NCBI GenBank assembly: GCA_043826135.1
Contig: JBDRQT010000053.1
Location: 4,266-68,265 of the forward strand
DNA from: an archaeon
GTDB taxonomy: Archaea; Nanobdellota; Nanobdellia; Woesearchaeales; GW2011-AR15
DNA: 64,000 nucleotides
Direction: 5' to 3'
The notes under the pieces are model-generated. The model made no database searches, was not told where the DNA came from, and worked only from the letters and a program-made list of their open reading frames with translations. Of the stretch, positions 1-9,580 are shown piece by piece. Each line of letters begins with the position of its first letter. Positions within the stretch are counted from its first letter, which is position 1. The translations under genes and the position numbers were made by a program.

Positions 1-44
1 TTCTGTAAGACATGAAGTAGAGGAAATAAAAAGATTAAGGGGCG

Positions 45-71
45 AAGAGGGTAATAATCTCTCTTTTTTTC
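45..71 (+). terminator. possible hairpin plus T-tract upstream of pheT
   Basis: AAGAGGG-taataat-CTCTCTT stem followed by a T run. Confidence 0.3.
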
Positions 72-85
72 AATAATTATCAAAA

Positions 86-1744
86 ATGCCGACAGTAAAC
101 ATCAACAGAAAAGTAATGGAAAAGATCATCGGGAAGAAATTAACTACTGAGCAGCTCAAAGACAGGATTTCTATGCTCGGCACTGATTTAGAGAGTATCA
201 CTGATGACGAAATAATCGTTGAGATTTTCCCAAACAGACCAGATATGCTTTCTGAACAGGGTTTTGGGAGAGCTTTAAGTTCGTTTCTTGGAGTAAAAAC
301 AGGTCTAAGAAATTATGATATCAAAAAATCAGATGAGAAAGTGTACGTCGCAAAAGGTATGGAGAAAGTCAGGCCTTTCACTGTATGTGCAATTGCAAAA
401 AATCTTGAGCTTGATGATGAAAAAATAAGGGAGCTCATTCAAGTGCAGGAAAAGCTCCATATCACTTTCTGCAGAAAAAGAAAAAAGGCAGCCATAGGTA
501 TGTATCCGCTCGAAAAGATAAAAACACCAATCCATTTCACCGCAAAAAAACCAGAAGAGATTGTTTTCAGGCCGCTGGAATGGCACAAAGAGATAAACGC
601 TAATCAGATACTGGAAAATCATCCTACCGGGATTGAATACAGACATCTTGTCAAAGGACTAAGCAAATATGCCATTTTCCATGATGCTAATGATGAGATC
701 CTAAGTTTCACACCAATAATAAATTCCCACAAGACCGGAAAAATCACTGACAGCACAAAAGAAGCATTTATTGAAGTCAGCGGTTTTGATCTGAATGTCT
801 GCAGCTATGTATTGAACATTTTGGTTGCAGCTATCACTGATATGGGTGCTGATATCTATTCTATGGAAGTCGTATATCCTGATAAAAAAATTGTAACTCC
901 AAATTTTACACCGAAAAAAATGCATCTGGATCTTTCGTTTATCAACAAATGGCTTGGCCTAGATTTGAAACAAAAGGAAGTTAAGTTGCTGCTTGAGAAG
1001 ATGGGATACGGATATGAAAAAGGAACTGTCCTCATTCCTGCATATAGACCTGATATCCTTCATATGGTTGATCTTGCAGAGGATATTGCAATATCTTATG
1101 GCTATGAGAATTTCAAGCCAGAGATCCCAAGCAAGGCAACTGTCGGCGGTGAAGATGAATTTGAAAAATTAAAGAAAAAAGTCTCGCATATCCTAGCTGG
1201 TCTTGGTATGCTTGAGACTAGCTCATATCATCTTTCAAATGAGAAAGTCCAGTTTACCAAGATGAGAACAAAAGCAAATGATAGCGTTAAACTAGCAAAT
1301 TCACTATCAGAGGATTTTGACCTTATGAGATACAGTTTGCTTGCTGGGCTTATGCAGATACTGTCAGAAAACACACATAATGAATATCCCCAGAATCTGT
1401 TTGAGATAGGCTCTGTATTTAAGCTTGGAAAAACCGAGACAGGGGTTGTTGAGCCAAGAAAACTTGCTGGCATTATATGTGAAAGCGAATGCAATTACAC
1501 AAAAATAAGACAGGTTGTAGATTACCTTCTTAAAAATCTTGACATAAAATATGAGATAAAGGAAAGCAATCATGAATCGTTTATCACTGGACGTGCAGGC
1601 GATATTGTAATAGATGGAAAAAAGATTGGGTCCCTCGGTGAGCTCCACCCTCAAGTATTGTCTAATTTCGGAGTTGAGATGCCTGCTTCTGGATTTGAGA
1701 TTGATATGGATCCTATTTTTAATGCTGTTTTAAAGAAAATCTAA
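86..1744 (+). CDS. pheT: phenylalanyl-tRNA synthetase beta subunit (archaeal type)
   Basis: MPTV N-terminus, PNRPDMLS, YRPDILHMVDLAEDIAI and GELHPQVL motifs; 552 aa. Confidence 0.97.
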   Translation: MPTVNINRKVMEKIIGKKLTTEQLKDRISMLGTDLESITDDEIIVEIFPNRPDMLSEQGFGRALSSFLGVKTGLRNYDIKKSDEKVYVAKGMEKVRPFTVCAIAKNLELDDEKIRELIQVQEKLHITFCRKRKKAAIGMYPLEKIKTPIHFTAKKPEEIVFRPLEWHKEINANQILENHPTGIEYRHLVKGLSKYAIFHDANDEILSFTPIINSHKTGKITDSTKEAFIEVSGFDLNVCSYVLNILVAAITDMGADIYSMEVVYPDKKIVTPNFTPKKMHLDLSFINKWLGLDLKQKEVKLLLEKMGYGYEKGTVLIPAYRPDILHMVDLAEDIAISYGYENFKPEIPSKATVGGEDEFEKLKKKVSHILAGLGMLETSSYHLSNEKVQFTKMRTKANDSVKLANSLSEDFDLMRYSLLAGLMQILSENTHNEYPQNLFEIGSVFKLGKTETGVVEPRKLAGIICESECNYTKIRQVVDYLLKNLDIKYEIKESNHESFITGRAGDIVIDGKKIGSLGELHPQVLSNFGVEMPASGFEIDMDPIFNAVLKKI

Positions 1745-1757
1745 TTTCTCCGATAGC

Positions 1758-2603
1758 TTACCTACCCTTAAAATATTCCTTTGCAGAATTCTCTATTATG
1801 AATCTCGCGGCAAGATACATTTCTAATTGCTGGCCATGATAAATGTCGGTGTTTGGCACCCATCTTCCATTTTTAATCAACTTGGATGGCCCCGGTCTTG
1901 AATGAGGATAATTATGGTCAAGATACATAACAAATTCAACAAAACAGTCTGGGGTTGGAGCCTTCCCTGCTCTTGAGATTTTTAGTGGTATCTCTCTTGT
2001 TCCGTACTTACTGAATTCTGAAAATATCAGGAAAGCTTCTAATTTTTTAATTGATTCATCATTTGATTCCGCAAGAAGCTTATATATTAGATCAGGAACA
2101 CTTGCATATGCCCCAGTGTCTGCAAATACAACATGCTTCCCATTAAATACTTTTAATTCCCTTAAATAGGATAGTATCTGCGCATAGGTATTTGTTCCTG
2201 GTGAAACATAGTTTTGCTCTATTACTCTTCTCAGTTGCTGCAAAGATACAGGACCAATTAGATTGGGATTTCCTACAATAGTTTTATTTGCATAAATATA
2301 CTTAATATCTATTTGTTGCCATCTTTCATTATCACTATATATTTGTACAGCTCGTATTGCATTTCCAAGCGGTTCTGCTCCAGTACAAAGTACTGCGATT
2401 GTACCTGGCTCACCTTTAAACATCTGAAGAACATCGATTGCAGACTGAATTAACTGAGTCTTATAAGGCAAGTACAATTTCAAATCTGGAATTTCCCCTA
2501 TCAAGGGATTATCCATCCTAAGAAATCTTTTTGGTCTAAGTCCGGCCATGACCACCAATTCTTCTAAGGGGATATTATTAATCTCTACGAAATTTGAGAC
2601 CAT
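1758..2603 (-). CDS. hypothetical protein with PRTase-like/HAD-associated motif
   Basis: 281-aa ORF; HVVFADTGAYAS resembles the hhhhDxGxxGS loop of PRTase-like domains. Confidence 0.5.
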   Translation of the reverse strand: MVSNFVEINNIPLEELVVMAGLRPKRFLRMDNPLIGEIPDLKLYLPYKTQLIQSAIDVLQMFKGEPGTIAVLCTGAEPLGNAIRAVQIYSDNERWQQIDIKYIYANKTIVGNPNLIGPVSLQQLRRVIEQNYVSPGTNTYAQILSYLRELKVFNGKHVVFADTGAYASVPDLIYKLLAESNDESIKKLEAFLIFSEFSKYGTREIPLKISRAGKAPTPDCFVEFVMYLDHNYPHSRPGPSKLIKNGRWVPNTDIYHGQQLEMYLAARFIIENSAKEYFKGR

Positions 2604-2612
2604 GCATTGCGC

Positions 2613-3755
2613 CTATTTCGCTACTGGTATTGCTGATTTTAGATAGTTGAATTCAGGGAGCCCATATTTTTTTACCATTTCTTCTGCATACATCACCACA
2701 CCGGAGAACCTTTCCCTGAAAACACTTAGTATGGGTTCGGGTGTATCCACTCTGATTACAGCAGGCAGATAAGCCAAATCATCGAGTACTGCCCTGACTA
2801 TCCCCGCAGCAGGATAATTACCATCAGGCGCAAATATACCGGAAATCTGTTTCATAGTATCTCTTGTCGCTGCCAGATCATCAAGAATCAGCACAATGCC
2901 ACCTATAATACTGAGTAAATATTTTTTAGACATCATATGATATTTAGGGTCATCGACATTCCATATTCTGGAAGTTGGAAATTTTTCGCTCAGGTAAGAT
3001 AGCCATTTGAATCTTGGCTTTTTGCTGTATTCCGAGGTTGTCTCTCTTTCAACTACATCCTTCAGCATTTTTTGGCCTCTTCCTCTTGTGCTCTCGCCGG
3101 TAACGCTAAGCCTCGACCTGTCCTGTATAGATGACCATCTGGAAGCCCTCTCTCCAATATATAGGATATTAGTGATACCGCAATCCTTTAGTAGCGTGTA
3201 AAGCAAATCTATCACCATATTTGCAGCTGTCTCATTTTTGGTATTTGGAATATTCCCCCCATTAACGGATTCCATCCAGGTGAAATTGACTTTATGGTGA
3301 CCAGGATCATGCGTGATCAAACTAGGCAGATCATATGCTGCGCTGGTCTCTTCTTCCTGCAACTGGCTGATTCCCACCTGAGTCTCTATCATCATATCAA
3401 GATTGGATCCTCTTTCAATTTGATATATCTTATCAGCTTTTCCCTGCGGCGACAAGGCAGTCTTGAATGTGAAACCAAACCCTAAACTTTTTTCGTCCCC
3501 TACATCAATTAAGTACCCATTATCTATCTCGAAAAGGCCGCGCTTGCGCAACTTAAGGAACAATCTTCCGTCTTTTTCAATCATATAGTTAGAACCACCA
3601 TTGAATTCGCTGACTTCAGTATACTGCGCATTCAATGTGACATGCCACTTCTGGCCGCTTCGTACATCAATAAAATCTCTTTCACCGTATCTTCTCAGCA
3701 TTTCATCCAATGTTTGAGATTCTGCAAGCTCTGTTAGTGTCGGATTAAGCGTCAT
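2613..3755 (-). CDS. hypothetical protein with C-terminal type I PRTase-like domain
   Basis: IVLILDDLAATRDTM resembles the PRPP-binding motif VLIVDDxxATGxT; G-rich RBS upstream. Confidence 0.6.
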   Translation of the reverse strand: MTLNPTLTELAESQTLDEMLRRYGERDFIDVRSGQKWHVTLNAQYTEVSEFNGGSNYMIEKDGRLFLKLRKRGLFEIDNGYLIDVGDEKSLGFGFTFKTALSPQGKADKIYQIERGSNLDMMIETQVGISQLQEEETSAAYDLPSLITHDPGHHKVNFTWMESVNGGNIPNTKNETAANMVIDLLYTLLKDCGITNILYIGERASRWSSIQDRSRLSVTGESTRGRGQKMLKDVVERETTSEYSKKPRFKWLSYLSEKFPTSRIWNVDDPKYHMMSKKYLLSIIGGIVLILDDLAATRDTMKQISGIFAPDGNYPAAGIVRAVLDDLAYLPAVIRVDTPEPILSVFRERFSGVVMYAEEMVKKYGLPEFNYLKSAIPVAK

Positions 3756-3894
3756 ATTATCCCCCCGAATGGATGATGATGGTTTTTTTATTTATATATT
3801 TTTCCAAATGTCATCACTTCAAAATGGAAATGCTTAAATATGTGATATCCTAATACGAATAAATGGTATATTGTTATTCTGTGAGGTTATTCAA

Positions 3895-4593
3895 ATGGCA
3901 GGTGAGATAAATTTTTGTCATCGTTCTTTAACAGATGTTGTTGCTGATTGTTATGATGTCGCTCTTCAGATAGCAAAAAGGGCTGATGAGACGGGTTCCA
4001 AAGAAATTAACTTGTTTTATTTAAGGAATGGTGGGACCTTCCCTGGAGAGACAGTATTCTTGATCCTTACGGAAATTCTAGGATATAATGTCAAAACATA
4101 TACACCTCAATACGAAAAATATGGAGAAGGCAGAGTTGGCAAGAAGGCTATGTTAAACAAAGCAACTGCACTCACTATCGAGCAAAAGAAAGAAGTGGTT
4201 AATGGCATCAATAAGGGAAATTTGACTGTCATCCTTGATGAACTAATTGATCAAGGAACAACAATGCACCAAGCATTTGAAGATATCTCTGTGTATGATA
4301 AAGAAGTCGGATTGACCTACGACCAGAATATGCTTTCCACAATGCTATTTGGCGCAGTCCTCAATAGAAAGACTCCTTATAGGTTTGGTGTGAGAAGGGA
4401 TCATCCACTGAAAAAAAGGATATTGCAGATGCACTCATCGTTTGATGCACCTCCAAGTTGGCTTACCTTTCCATGGGAGACAGAATCATCGCACTATGAT
4501 TCAAACTTAGATAAAATGATTTATCATTCTGGAGGCAATCTGGAACCACTTAGAGAGTATATAAGACCATTGATAAGTCACTTCAAACGCTAA
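3895..4593 (+). CDS. type I phosphoribosyltransferase (hypoxanthine/xanthine PRTase-like)
   Basis: RNGG loop, VILDELIDQGTT PRPP motif, WLTFPWE C-terminal motif; start moved to ATG 3895 behind GAGGT. Confidence 0.75.
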   Translation: MAGEINFCHRSLTDVVADCYDVALQIAKRADETGSKEINLFYLRNGGTFPGETVFLILTEILGYNVKTYTPQYEKYGEGRVGKKAMLNKATALTIEQKKEVVNGINKGNLTVILDELIDQGTTMHQAFEDISVYDKEVGLTYDQNMLSTMLFGAVLNRKTPYRFGVRRDHPLKKRILQMHSSFDAPPSWLTFPWETESSHYDSNLDKMIYHSGGNLEPLREYIRPLISHFKR

Positions 4594-4763
4594 ATTATAC
4601 CTTCTTTCTTTCTCTCTTCTTCCTTGGCTCTTCTTCTGTATTCCCCATATTTATCTTCAGGCGAATACTTTGGAGGCTTGTTTTCAATCGCTGCGCCGCC
4701 GCATTCACAATCTTTCTCCATTGTGTATTTTCCGCAAGTCTGGCATTTAAGAATGTGTTTCAT
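4590..4763 (-). CDS. nop10: H/ACA RNP protein Nop10 (57 aa, absent from ORF track)
   Basis: Hand translation MKHILKCQTCGKYTMEKDCECGG...PPKYSPEDKYGEYRRR; directly downstream of aIF2-alpha, the usual synteny. Confidence 0.95.
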   Translation of the reverse strand: MKHILKCQTCGKYTMEKDCECGGAAIENKPPKYSPEDKYGEYRRRAKEEERKKEGII

Positions 4764-5518
4764 ACTCTTTTAAATTCACCATGACCATGGTGCTTTTTCA
4801 TGAATTCAAGGACAGATTCTGTTGCATTTTTTAGAATCGGCTCTGCTTCTTTATAATCAGGGGCTTCAACCGACATCCCGTACTTTCCGCCGCCAAGATA
4901 TTTGACATCAATTCTTTCTCCTGCAAGCGACAGTGCTTCCTTGACAATATCAACACCATTTCCATCATAAGTTGATAATTCCATAATTCCTGCGATGACA
5001 ACATTTTTTACCTTGAATCTCTGAAGCACAAGTTCAGTCATCTCATCTGCAAGCTTTTTATCAAGGATTTTTCCTAGGTCAAACTCACCTGCCACAACAT
5101 CTTCAAATGCATGAAACAAGTAGGCATAGTCGCTTAGAGATTTCATAACCTGATTATAGAGCGCGAGTGGCTGCATATTGTTTTGCTTTGCTACATAATC
5201 AATTACTGCCTCTGCCTTCTGCTCCATCTTAACTTCATTGACTTTAAGCTTTCTTTCTCTTTCATTGACTCTTCTAAGGGAAAGATCAACCTGTCCCCTT
5301 TCTTTGTTGACCCTAAGGACTTTGCAAGCAATCTTCTTGTCTTCCTTTACATAGTCCCTGATATTCCTTATCCTACCTGCTGCAATTTCAGAGATATGAA
5401 TCATTCCTGAAATCCCGTAATCATCAAGCTTTGCAAAAACTGTAGAATACTGGATATTTGTGACTGTGCACATAACTACTTCTGATTCCTCAGGAAGCCC
5501 GGTTTTCTTATAGTACAT
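4760..5518 (-). CDS. eif2a: translation initiation factor aIF2 alpha subunit
   Basis: S1 domain with GMIHISEIA, IRNIRDYV and VDLSLRRV; EAPDYKEAE C-terminal motif. Confidence 0.96.
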   Translation of the reverse strand: MYYKKTGLPEESEVVMCTVTNIQYSTVFAKLDDYGISGMIHISEIAAGRIRNIRDYVKEDKKIACKVLRVNKERGQVDLSLRRVNERERKLKVNEVKMEQKAEAVIDYVAKQNNMQPLALYNQVMKSLSDYAYLFHAFEDVVAGEFDLGKILDKKLADEMTELVLQRFKVKNVVIAGIMELSTYDGNGVDIVKEALSLAGERIDVKYLGGGKYGMSVEAPDYKEAEPILKNATESVLEFMKKHHGHGEFKRV

Positions 5519-5694
5519 TACTCAAGTACCTCAAGAACTCTTGCTTTAACTCGTATTTTTCCGCCTGTAGGTTCAGCAACTGTTTTGCCGCATACAAGGC
5601 ATTTTATCTCCATTGCTGCCTTTCCGAAGACAACCTGTTCGTTCTTGCACTTAGAGCATCTGATTTTAATAAATTTTGAAGTTGGTTCTGCCAT
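5518..5694 (-). CDS. rps27e: 30S ribosomal protein S27e (58 aa, absent from ORF track)
   Basis: Hand translation MAEPTSKFIKIRCSKCKNEQVVFGKA...CLVCGKTVAEPTGGK; AGGAGGT RBS upstream. Confidence 0.96.
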   Translation of the reverse strand: MAEPTSKFIKIRCSKCKNEQVVFGKAAMEIKCLVCGKTVAEPTGGKIRVKARVLEVLE

Positions 5695-5886
5695 GACAAT
5701 TACCTCCTAATCGAGATAGAAAAAGGGATGATTTATAAATATATTGATGGGAAAATTAGGAAAATGTGCTCGACTTCAAAATAATTCAGAAATTAGAATG
5801 CCCAAAAAATGCTGAAAGGTGGCTACTCCAAAACCTTTGGCTGAAGCATTGAGGGTTATTGACTGGGCAAAACAAGGAAATACACT

Positions 5887-8727
5887 TCACCCCAGTAATT
5901 TTTGAGGCGGGATCTTGCGATCCACAAGAAGCGCTGCATATTTACCTACTCCATCACTTGATATATTGTAGTGCTTCATAATTCTAGCTCCTGCCTGTTC
6001 CAATACCTGCCTTGTCTGATCTCTGCCCAAATAATTTGATAGATGACATACTATTTCGGTTTTGTCAAACCCAAGCGTGGGTATCGTATCTTTTTTCCCC
6101 CTATAAAGCCAGTGAGACCGTTCAATCTCACTCCTTTTATTATTGTGCAGTTGCAGACCAATATACTCGCTGTGCGTTGTTTCAATTTCTGGCTCAGGGT
6201 ACAGAACAAATCTGTTGCCTTTTTTTCTCAATTTATGTTTTCCATCAACCCTAACTGGAAATCCGCTCTGCCATAATTGCAAAACCTGGTCTTTAACATC
6301 AGGTTCTGAATCAAACTTAATACTAAAATCAGCAGGCGGCATGTTTTGAAATTTTAGATACGCAGATGAAGGTTTATCATACCTGTCATATCTATCTTCA
6401 TCTATATGTGCGCGTACATAAAGGTTGGATGATGGATTTGGCCAGATATCTGGATTTGCGTCTAACTGGCTTGCCCTTTGGATTATATCAACAACTCGCA
6501 TCCGGGCCAGATATTCAGAATTCCGCTGATCTGCTTGATTCATAAGCGCAAGTTCATCCATAAGAAGGACTGTGCAGATCTGTATATCCAAATCTGAATT
6601 TGTAATGGTTAACAACTGGTAATATCCATCTTCTTCAAAATGTGTTCTTCCAACCCTTTGTCCTGATTTATTTTTTTTATCTGCCAATAGTGATTTTCCT
6701 ACATTTGGCTCTCCAAGCAATCTGAAGCTATCAATCAACCTCACCAAATCATGACGCTCTAGGTAGGGCTCTTTTCCCTGAGCACTTTCCACCCACTCAA
6801 GAGCTGGTGCAAATGCATCGTCCATCTGCGCTGCCCTCATTATGTTCATCGCAGCAGTATATGTCTCAGCATCTACTGCATCAGGATTAGCAAAAAATTG
6901 TTCCATGGATGCAATGATGCTTCCCATAGATCTTCTTCCTTTTGCTTTTTCAAGCATTCTTCTTGCTAGCGGCGAATTTTCAAAGATATTTGCAATTTGC
7001 TTGGCTCTGTAAGATAATAGCTCCTCCAGTGCCAGTGCGAAGAACGGGTGATCTCCAGTCTCCTTCAATATATATTGCCGAATTTCAGTCTCATTAAATC
7101 CATAGGACAATAGAGGTCCAACCACTTCCCTGTCCAGATTGTTCTTGAGTCTATCAAAAAATTCTAAATCAGTTTCATTTGATAATTTGTTTGATTCCCT
7201 TAGCTTATCTTCCAAAAATTCTCTTGCTTCTCCTGCCTTTAAGTTACCTTGATTTCCAAAAAGATGCACCTGAGAGTCAAGAAAATCATGCATTAATTTT
7301 AGTTCATAATGGCTCATAATATTTTGGTATGAGTCAAGTCCAAGAGGAATAATAGTTTCAACTGCAACATTGACAAAGGCTTCTGGATTGAACATGTCTG
7401 TGCATAGGGTTGCACTCAGACCTGCTTCATGCTGGCTGAAATCCTCAAATCCTTTGACATATCCTATAACTTCTGTCCCTTCATCTGTATGTGTCTTTAC
7501 TTTCCGATACATTAATTCTTCTTCCATATCCACTTCTGCAAAACCTGAACCGGAATTGATTGAACCAATTAATTGTTCTTCTGTCATACCGAGCATATTA
7601 GCAGTGCCTGATAACATTTTTCTTCCAAGATTAGTATATTGCATCACTCCTTCCAATATGGTTTCAAGAGGTTGTTTCACTATTGGCTTTAACTGCTTTG
7701 GATCGCATCCGGCAAGTCTGAGCAGAGCTGTTCCATTTACACCATAACTTTCTTGGAATGTCTCAACAATGCCTTGTCCTGATACTCCATTCTGAAGAAG
7801 TGCTACATATTGGCTTCTGAGCTGCATCTGATGATTTGTATACGCTGACCAGAACCTTGGATCTGCAGCATGCTTAATAATAATGGGAGCAATGATATCC
7901 TCCACCTGCCTAGATGTCATGAATGGCATCTTGAAGGTATTATCATCCCATAGGCCAGTTGGCCTAACAATATGCATTTGATCCAAATAATCAAACCTAT
8001 CTTGATGTTGGTATCTATTACTTCTGCTCTCTTCTGCTGCTCGATTGCTTTCAGTTGGAAATAATAGATAAATCATACCTTTTCCATGGGATAAAGGTTC
8101 AATATATATCTTAATTGCATCACCTTCAGAGGATATGTCTTTGATTACTCCCAATCTGTCTTTTGGAGGTATGATTGATCCTAACTCCTGCAATTCTTCT
8201 AGGCTAGTATTCCCATATGGGAATTCTTCGCAAAATACCAGGTCACCTAATTGAGGTTCTTGTTGAAATGGAATAAATGGATTGGCTTCCCTAAATCCTC
8301 TTTTAGCAAGCTGCAGATATCTTTTCAAGGATTCTGCACTGTCAACTAAGATTGGTTTATCAAACATTCTTCGAGATAGTTGTGCTTCAGAAAAGATATC
8401 ATGCCCTACAGAGAATTGAATATAGATGTGACCTGGATATGATTGTTGATGATAGATATTACCCACACCGGGTCCTCCATCGATGAATGCATATTCTAAA
8501 TCTTCATATCCAAATCTCTCAGAGGGCATAGGATAAGGAATCGCTTCAATAAATTTTAATATCGAATCTAAATCCTTAACTATATTTAAGGCTACATTGT
8601 AATAAATATGACCATCTCCTTGAGCCACTAGCGCCTCGTGCGCTGAAGATAGTTGGTTGGAAGTTCTATCTGTTTGCCCTCCTGCAGCAACCAGCAAATT
8701 TTTTCCTCTGCTACTGATTCTACCCAT
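5887..8727 (-). CDS. large hypothetical protein (~946 aa), last gene of the Ubl-like operon
   Basis: Long ORF overlapping the upstream stop; probable start MGRISS at 8727; possible SH3/KOW-like segment (QLGDLVFC...RLGVIKDIS); no family recognised. Confidence 0.8.
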   Translation of the reverse strand: MGRISSRGKNLLVAAGGQTDRTSNQLSSAHEALVAQGDGHIYYNVALNIVKDLDSILKFIEAIPYPMPSERFGYEDLEYAFIDGGPGVGNIYHQQSYPGHIYIQFSVGHDIFSEAQLSRRMFDKPILVDSAESLKRYLQLAKRGFREANPFIPFQQEPQLGDLVFCEEFPYGNTSLEELQELGSIIPPKDRLGVIKDISSEGDAIKIYIEPLSHGKGMIYLLFPTESNRAAEESRSNRYQHQDRFDYLDQMHIVRPTGLWDDNTFKMPFMTSRQVEDIIAPIIIKHAADPRFWSAYTNHQMQLRSQYVALLQNGVSGQGIVETFQESYGVNGTALLRLAGCDPKQLKPIVKQPLETILEGVMQYTNLGRKMLSGTANMLGMTEEQLIGSINSGSGFAEVDMEEELMYRKVKTHTDEGTEVIGYVKGFEDFSQHEAGLSATLCTDMFNPEAFVNVAVETIIPLGLDSYQNIMSHYELKLMHDFLDSQVHLFGNQGNLKAGEAREFLEDKLRESNKLSNETDLEFFDRLKNNLDREVVGPLLSYGFNETEIRQYILKETGDHPFFALALEELLSYRAKQIANIFENSPLARRMLEKAKGRRSMGSIIASMEQFFANPDAVDAETYTAAMNIMRAAQMDDAFAPALEWVESAQGKEPYLERHDLVRLIDSFRLLGEPNVGKSLLADKKNKSGQRVGRTHFEEDGYYQLLTITNSDLDIQICTVLLMDELALMNQADQRNSEYLARMRVVDIIQRASQLDANPDIWPNPSSNLYVRAHIDEDRYDRYDKPSSAYLKFQNMPPADFSIKFDSEPDVKDQVLQLWQSGFPVRVDGKHKLRKKGNRFVLYPEPEIETTHSEYIGLQLHNNKRSEIERSHWLYRGKKDTIPTLGFDKTEIVCHLSNYLGRDQTRQVLEQAGARIMKHYNISSDGVGKYAALLVDRKIPPQKLLG

Positions 8728-9580
8728 ACCCGTCCTCTCCAGCACTTCTCATTATTTGTCCTATACTAAGAACATTATCAAGCGCAGCGTGCATAAGCAT
8801 CCCCATCCATTTAAGTCTATGAGGAATGTTGAGGTACGGAAGGCTCTGTGCATCCTTCTTTAGGATTGGGGACCTTATCTCCTGCGCAGCCCTATATGTA
8901 GCAAGCAAATACGCCAGTTCCTCTGCATCTGCAAGCGTGTGTAATACATCTGTATCATTAAGTATATTATACTTGGCGACCAGAACCTCTGCCACGTCCC
9001 TTGCACCTTCAACTATCTGCACTTCTGGAATCCTTAATAAAAACTGATATCTCTGGGCCAGGACATCGTCCAATGAATCATCATAACTATGTGGACCATA
9101 CGCAAGCGTTATGAAATTGTGAGAATCGAATGGTCCAGCCTCTTCAAGTAGACTTGCCGAGTTCAGATTATAAGGACTTTTTTTTGCAGCTTCGATCAAA
9201 TAATAGTGAAATTCCTTTTCGCCATAAATATGAATGTCTTCGCCTAATCCATGCATCGCCCCTTCAAGAACACTCAAATCAATGCTTTCATGAAAGCGAG
9301 CTTTTCTTGTAATCTTATCTCGCTCATGATAATTATCATCATCTAATCTGAACAACGCTCTAAGCAGTGTAATCTGTGCAAGATATTTTTCACCGGATTT
9401 GCTCATCGACCGATAATACATCTTTAAGGCTTTTTGAACAGTTTTATCCTCAACATAACTATGATTGCATAGTATCTTTGCAACATGGTCAATTGGTTCC
9501 AGATTGAATCTTAATGCCGGTAAATTCTCCTGCGGCACAGTATCCATTGCTTCTAATGCTTTTCTAAGATCATCAAACAT
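8720..9580 (-). CDS. hypothetical, apparently helical protein in the Ubl-like operon
   Basis: 286-aa ORF overlapping both neighbours; GAGGT RBS. Confidence 0.75.
   Translation of the reverse strand: MFDDLRKALEAMDTVPQENLPALRFNLEPIDHVAKILCNHSYVEDKTVQKALKMYYRSMSKSGEKYLAQITLLRALFRLDDDNYHERDKITRKARFHESIDLSVLEGAMHGLGEDIHIYGEKEFHYYLIEAAKKSPYNLNSASLLEEAGPFDSHNFITLAYGPHSYDDSLDDVLAQRYQFLLRIPEVQIVEGARDVAEVLVAKYNILNDTDVLHTLADAEELAYLLATYRAAQEIRSPILKKDAQSLPYLNIPHRLKWMGMLMHAALDNVLSIGQIMRSAGEDGYG

Noticed and set aside
1..44. 3' end of pheS or another upstream gene
   Set aside because: Too short to identify; no diagnostic motif
5748..5816. Selenocysteine or stop-codon reassignment suggested by the in-frame TGA in the junction ORF
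   Set aside because: TGA terminates clear genes elsewhere in the window (e.g. aIF2-alpha, PGI/PMI, lgt) and no SECIS-like element was seen
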